This document shows, piece after piece, positions 60,989 to 64,000 of a stretch of 64,000 bases of DNA; within the stretch, counting starts at the first letter, position 1, and each line of letters starts with the position of its first letter. The stretch comes from Gallionella sp. (lineage in GTDB: Bacteria; Pseudomonadota; Gammaproteobacteria; Burkholderiales; Gallionellaceae), in assembly GCA_024641025.1 (NCBI GenBank), contig JAHEDW010000004.1:617-64616 (forward strand), written 5' to 3'. A model generated the notes under the pieces. It worked only from the letters and a program-made list of their open reading frames with translations, had not been told where the DNA came from and searched no databases. The position numbers were made by a program, and so were the translations under genes.

Positions 60989-62157
60989 TTGGAACTCTCC
61001 AAACGCGTACAGGCAATCAAGCCATCCCCTACCCTCGCCGTCACCGCTCGTGCGGCAAAACTAAAAGCTGAAGGCAAAGACATCATTGGTCTGGGAGCGG
61101 GTGAGCCAAGGATGCTGCCATTGCTGCAATCAACAAGGGCTTCACCAAGTACACCGCAGTAGGTGGCACACCATCACTGAAACAGGCAATCATCGCCAAG
61201 TTCAAGCGAGACAACGGGTTGGACTACACTGCGAAACAGATACTGGTTTCATGCGGTGGAAAGCAGAGTTTTTTCAACCTTGCTCTCGCTGTGATCAATC
61301 CGGGCGATGAAGTGATCATACCAGCGCCATATTGGGTATCCTATCCTGATATCGTTCTAATCGCAGAAGGTAAACCAGTTATCGTGGAAGCCGGCATCGA
61401 GCAGGGTTTCAAGATGACACCCGCTCAATTGCAGGCAGCGATTACCCCAAAGACCAGAATGGTGGTAATCAACAGTCCGAGCAATCCATCTGGGGCTGTA
61501 TACACACTGGACGATTTGAAAGCCCTTGGCGAAGTACTTCGCAAACACCCGAATATAATGATTTCCACTGATGACATGTATGAGCATATCGCTCTGACCG
61601 ATGCAAAGTTCGTCAATATCCTAAACGCTTGCCCGGATCTATATCAGCGCACCATGGTCCTGAACGGCGTATCGAAGGCCTACGCGATGACCGGGTGGCG
61701 AATCGGTTATGCAGCAGGACCAGAACATATCATCACTGCAATGGAGAACGTCCAATCGCAGAGTACTTCCAACCCAACTTCTATCTCGCAAGTGGCTGCG
61801 GAAGCAGCATTAAACGGCGATCAGGGATGCATCGCACCGATGTTACAGGCATTCCGCGAACGTCATACTTTCGTAGTTGATGCGCTGAACAAGATTTCGG
61901 GGGTAAAGTGCATTATGGCGGGAGGTGCTTTCTATGCATTCCCGGATACACGCTTGGCAATTACAAAACTTCATGAGCGTGGCGCAATCAAGACCGCGAC
62001 AGATGTAGCACTATCGGAGTATCTTCTGGAAAACGGTGGTGTAGCAGTAGTACCCGGATCGGCATTCGGCAGCGAGGGATACATCCGATTGTCATTCGCA
62101 ACATCGTTAGATAACCTTAAACAAGCCATGGAGCGCCTTGCTAAAGCTCTAACTTGA
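60989..62157 (+). pseudogene. aspC: Class I aspartate/aromatic aminotransferase gene interrupted by an internal deletion/frameshift at about 61108
   Basis: Frame A (TTG 60989) reads MELSKRVQAIKPSPTLAVTARAAKLKAEGKDIIGLGAGEP, then nonsense to TAG at 61160-61162. Frame B opens after TGA at 61102-61104 and reads KDAAIAAINKGFTKYTAVGGTPSLKQ...SKAYAMTGWRIGY... to 62157. The invariant DFDTPxHI that follows GEP is missing. Confidence 0.8.
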
Positions 62158-62179
62158 TATTTCCGGCCTGCCGATTCTA

Positions 62180-64000
62180 CTATCGAGCGACAAGCGTGGG
62201 ATTGTCGCGGGTGCCCCCAAGCTCTAGGGGCACCGGTCCTATTCCCTCATGAAAGTCCAGTTCAGCGCTTATTATCCCCGACACATGTTGACTCGAGTAG
62301 TCCAACTTACCATTGGCCGCCAACACACCTGCGTCCAATTTCAGATTCCTGTAAGAATAAGTACCTTTATCAAAGGACAGGTCGCCGCTCAATGTATCAA
62401 AGTGTGTTCGTCCCCCAGGCATGTTTTCTTTACTTTTCAGGCGGGCTGTCTCGGCAATATCAATACCGTTGATCACGCCGTCCTTTATGATAAAAGTACC
62501 ATCCAGAGTCGCCTCATCGGCAAGTTTAACAATACTTCCCGCCTCCATCTGGAAGCGTGCCGTTCCCTCCATTTCTCCATTTAGCACCTTGAACACATCT
62601 TTCATGGTGATAGTCTTTGCTGCCAACGATCCTTGAGCGATCCAACCAGAGCGCCATCCTAATAGCCCCTTGCCATGCACAGTGCCGCCCATGATATGGC
62701 CATCAAATTCCGAGATCACCAGTTCATTTCCAGTCATCTCACCCTTAACGGTCAAATCATCGAAAGTCCAGTTCGGGAGCAACGGCAAACCACTTTCATG
62801 AACAGAAATACGAACGCGTGTTTTATATAGAGGTGCGGATTCGAATTCCCACTCATACTTATTTCCTTCAGCGCGGAATTTTGCCTGAGTAAACTTCCCA
62901 TCATGATTGAAATTCAGCTCCCCTCCCACTCCAGACAACGCGAAGCCTTCTGTATACAACTTCCCTTCATTCAATTTTAGGCGGGCAATCGGAAATTCAG
63001 TATCGGTAGCTAATTGTTGCAGATATCCAAATGCCTGCGGCAGCATTGCTGAATCGATTTCTACTCCCTCTAATTCGAGAGTGTCTATAGTTTTGACTGC
63101 TGTGAACAATCCAAGCATCGAAAAATCCAGTCGTGCCTGCTTAATGGAGATTTGTTTATCTTTGCCAATCGCCAAATCATTAAAATCCAAGCGTGGCGTG
63201 GGAAGAAAACGTCCCTCCAGATGGCTTATATAGACAGGCTGATGAAATTTCCCGACAAGAAGTTGTTCTATAATTGGAATATAACTTTTTGTTGGCATCA
63301 AAAAGGGTGCTACAAACAAGATGAGCAGTGCCGCCACAATCATCCCAGCTACCAACTTGTACCAAGGAAACGGCTTGTTTCTTACCTTCGCTAATGGTGT
63401 TACTTTCTTTTCGACTGGTTGTGGCTCTGGAGGAAGAACCTCGTCCCATAAGGGTTTAGCTTTAGCTCTACTGGTTACCTTGTTTTGATGTGTTTCTTTG
63501 GCGCGCTGCTCTGCTTCCGCCCACACTTTGGCCTGCGCTTCCTCTAGTGCTTTAACCTCATACACTGAAGGCTTGTGCTGCTCAGCTTCAGCGTGTTCCT
63601 GCGAATTCATTTTGCTCTGTGCAGGTTCTGCAGTTACTTGTTCTTTCTGCGCTTGGTTCCGGTCAAGAAATTTTGCTTGGGACGATTTTGAATTGCTCTC
63701 CTTCTTTTTCTCGTCGGGTTGCATGAACTTCCCAACATCGCTTAACAGCGCTACATCTTCCTTTTGCAAGAGTCCGGAATGTGTAATTGTGGATGCAGGA
63801 GTGACGGATGCTGCGGGAGGAGTTAAATTAAACGGCTCAAATTGAATTTCCAGTACAGCATTATCAGCTTGGTGCAATTCACCTTCTGATTCTGGCACCG
63901 AATTTGCAACTAGTTTGTAAACTGGATGTTCACGCCCATGTTTGTCCGGCAAAGCACCCTGATAATGGAACAGGCTTGTGTACTCGGCGCTTAATCGTGA
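62180..64000 (-). CDS. AsmA-like C-terminal-domain membrane protein; the N-terminus lies beyond the right edge
   Basis: The reading frame stays open through 64000 upstream of the track's TTG at 63952. It has a Lys/Glu/Ala-rich low-complexity region, one TM helix (LVAGMIVAALLILFVAPFL) and a ~370-aa beta-rich periplasmic region resembling AsmA-family C-termini. Family call is tentative. Confidence 0.5.
   Translation of the reverse strand, partial: SRLSAEYTSLFHYQGALPDKHGREHPVYKLVANSVPESEGELHQADNAVLEIQFEPFNLTPPAASVTPASTITHSGLLQKEDVALLSDVGKFMQPDEKKKESNSKSSQAKFLDRNQAQKEQVTAEPAQSKMNSQEHAEAEQHKPSVYEVKALEEAQAKVWAEAEQRAKETHQNKVTSRAKAKPLWDEVLPPEPQPVEKKVTPLAKVRNKPFPWYKLVAGMIVAALLILFVAPFLMPTKSYIPIIEQLLVGKFHQPVYISHLEGRFLPTPRLDFNDLAIGKDKQISIKQARLDFSMLGLFTAVKTIDTLELEGVEIDSAMLPQAFGYLQQLATDTEFPIARLKLNEGKLYTEGFALSGVGGELNFNHDGKFTQAKFRAEGNKYEWEFESAPLYKTRVRISVHESGLPLLPNWTFDDLTVKGEMTGNELVISEFDGHIMGGTVHGKGLLGWRSGWIAQGSLAAKTITMKDVFKVLNGEMEGTARFQMEAGSIVKLADEATLDGTFIIKDGVINGIDIAETARLKSKENMPGGRTHFDTLSGDLSFDKGTYSYRNLKLDAGVLAANGKLDYSSQHVSGIISAELDFHEGIGPVPLELGGTRDNPTLVAR

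Noticed and set aside
61086-61310. 74-codon ORF (MVWERVSQGCCHCC...) across the aspC break
   Set aside because: It is the third, non-homologous frame of the aminotransferase gene. Both neighbouring frames carry clear aminotransferase sequence. I also saw no slippery heptamer or downstream structure, so programmed frameshifting at 61108 was not favoured.

Overview
This 64-kb chromosomal window is roughly half G+C by eye. Gene content and order look betaproteobacterial, possibly a Nitrosomonadales-like chemolithoautotroph; that taxonomic call is inference only. About 70% of it is tightly packed, mostly minus-strand housekeeping DNA. The main blocks are: (i) scpA / GDCCVxC protein / trpS / M50 protease / yciO / RNase AM / rnfH / ratA facing smpB-msrA. 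(ii) The conserved envelope and translation cluster rpsB | ilvD-tsf-pyrH-frr-uppS-cdsA-dxr-rseP-bamA-skp-lpxD-fabZ-lpxA-lpxB-rnhB, many with 1-8 nt start/stop overlaps. (iii) tesA facing ybbA-ybbP. (iv) rluC facing rne. (v) selO, rhlE, zapE, uvrB and aspC. Between about 41.8 and 52.9 kb the character changes to small, hypothetical and signalling genes separated by long AT-rich spacers. These include a PAS-GGDEF-EAL protein with an odd C-terminal tail, a membrane GGDEF cyclase, a stand-alone IHF-beta-like gene, a short BLUF photoreceptor and several DUF proteins. Next comes a serine-cycle-type module: malyl-CoA lyase, malate thiokinase MtkAB, then alanine dehydrogenase. I found no rRNA, tRNA, tmRNA, CRISPR array, transposase or integrase. 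I see no convincing novel multi-gene system such as a defence island. The best leads are: an otherwise intact aspartate aminotransferase gene broken by an internal frameshifting deletion of about 25 nt; the mcl-mtkAB-ald module; the HTH-like, arginine-rich tail fused to the GGDEF-EAL protein; an orphan plus-strand intrinsic terminator (candidate sRNA) in a 914-bp gene-less spacer; a BLUF sensor near c-di-GMP enzymes; and ilvD sitting between rpsB and tsf. All functional calls rest on my recognition of motifs in the supplied translations. No database search was run.
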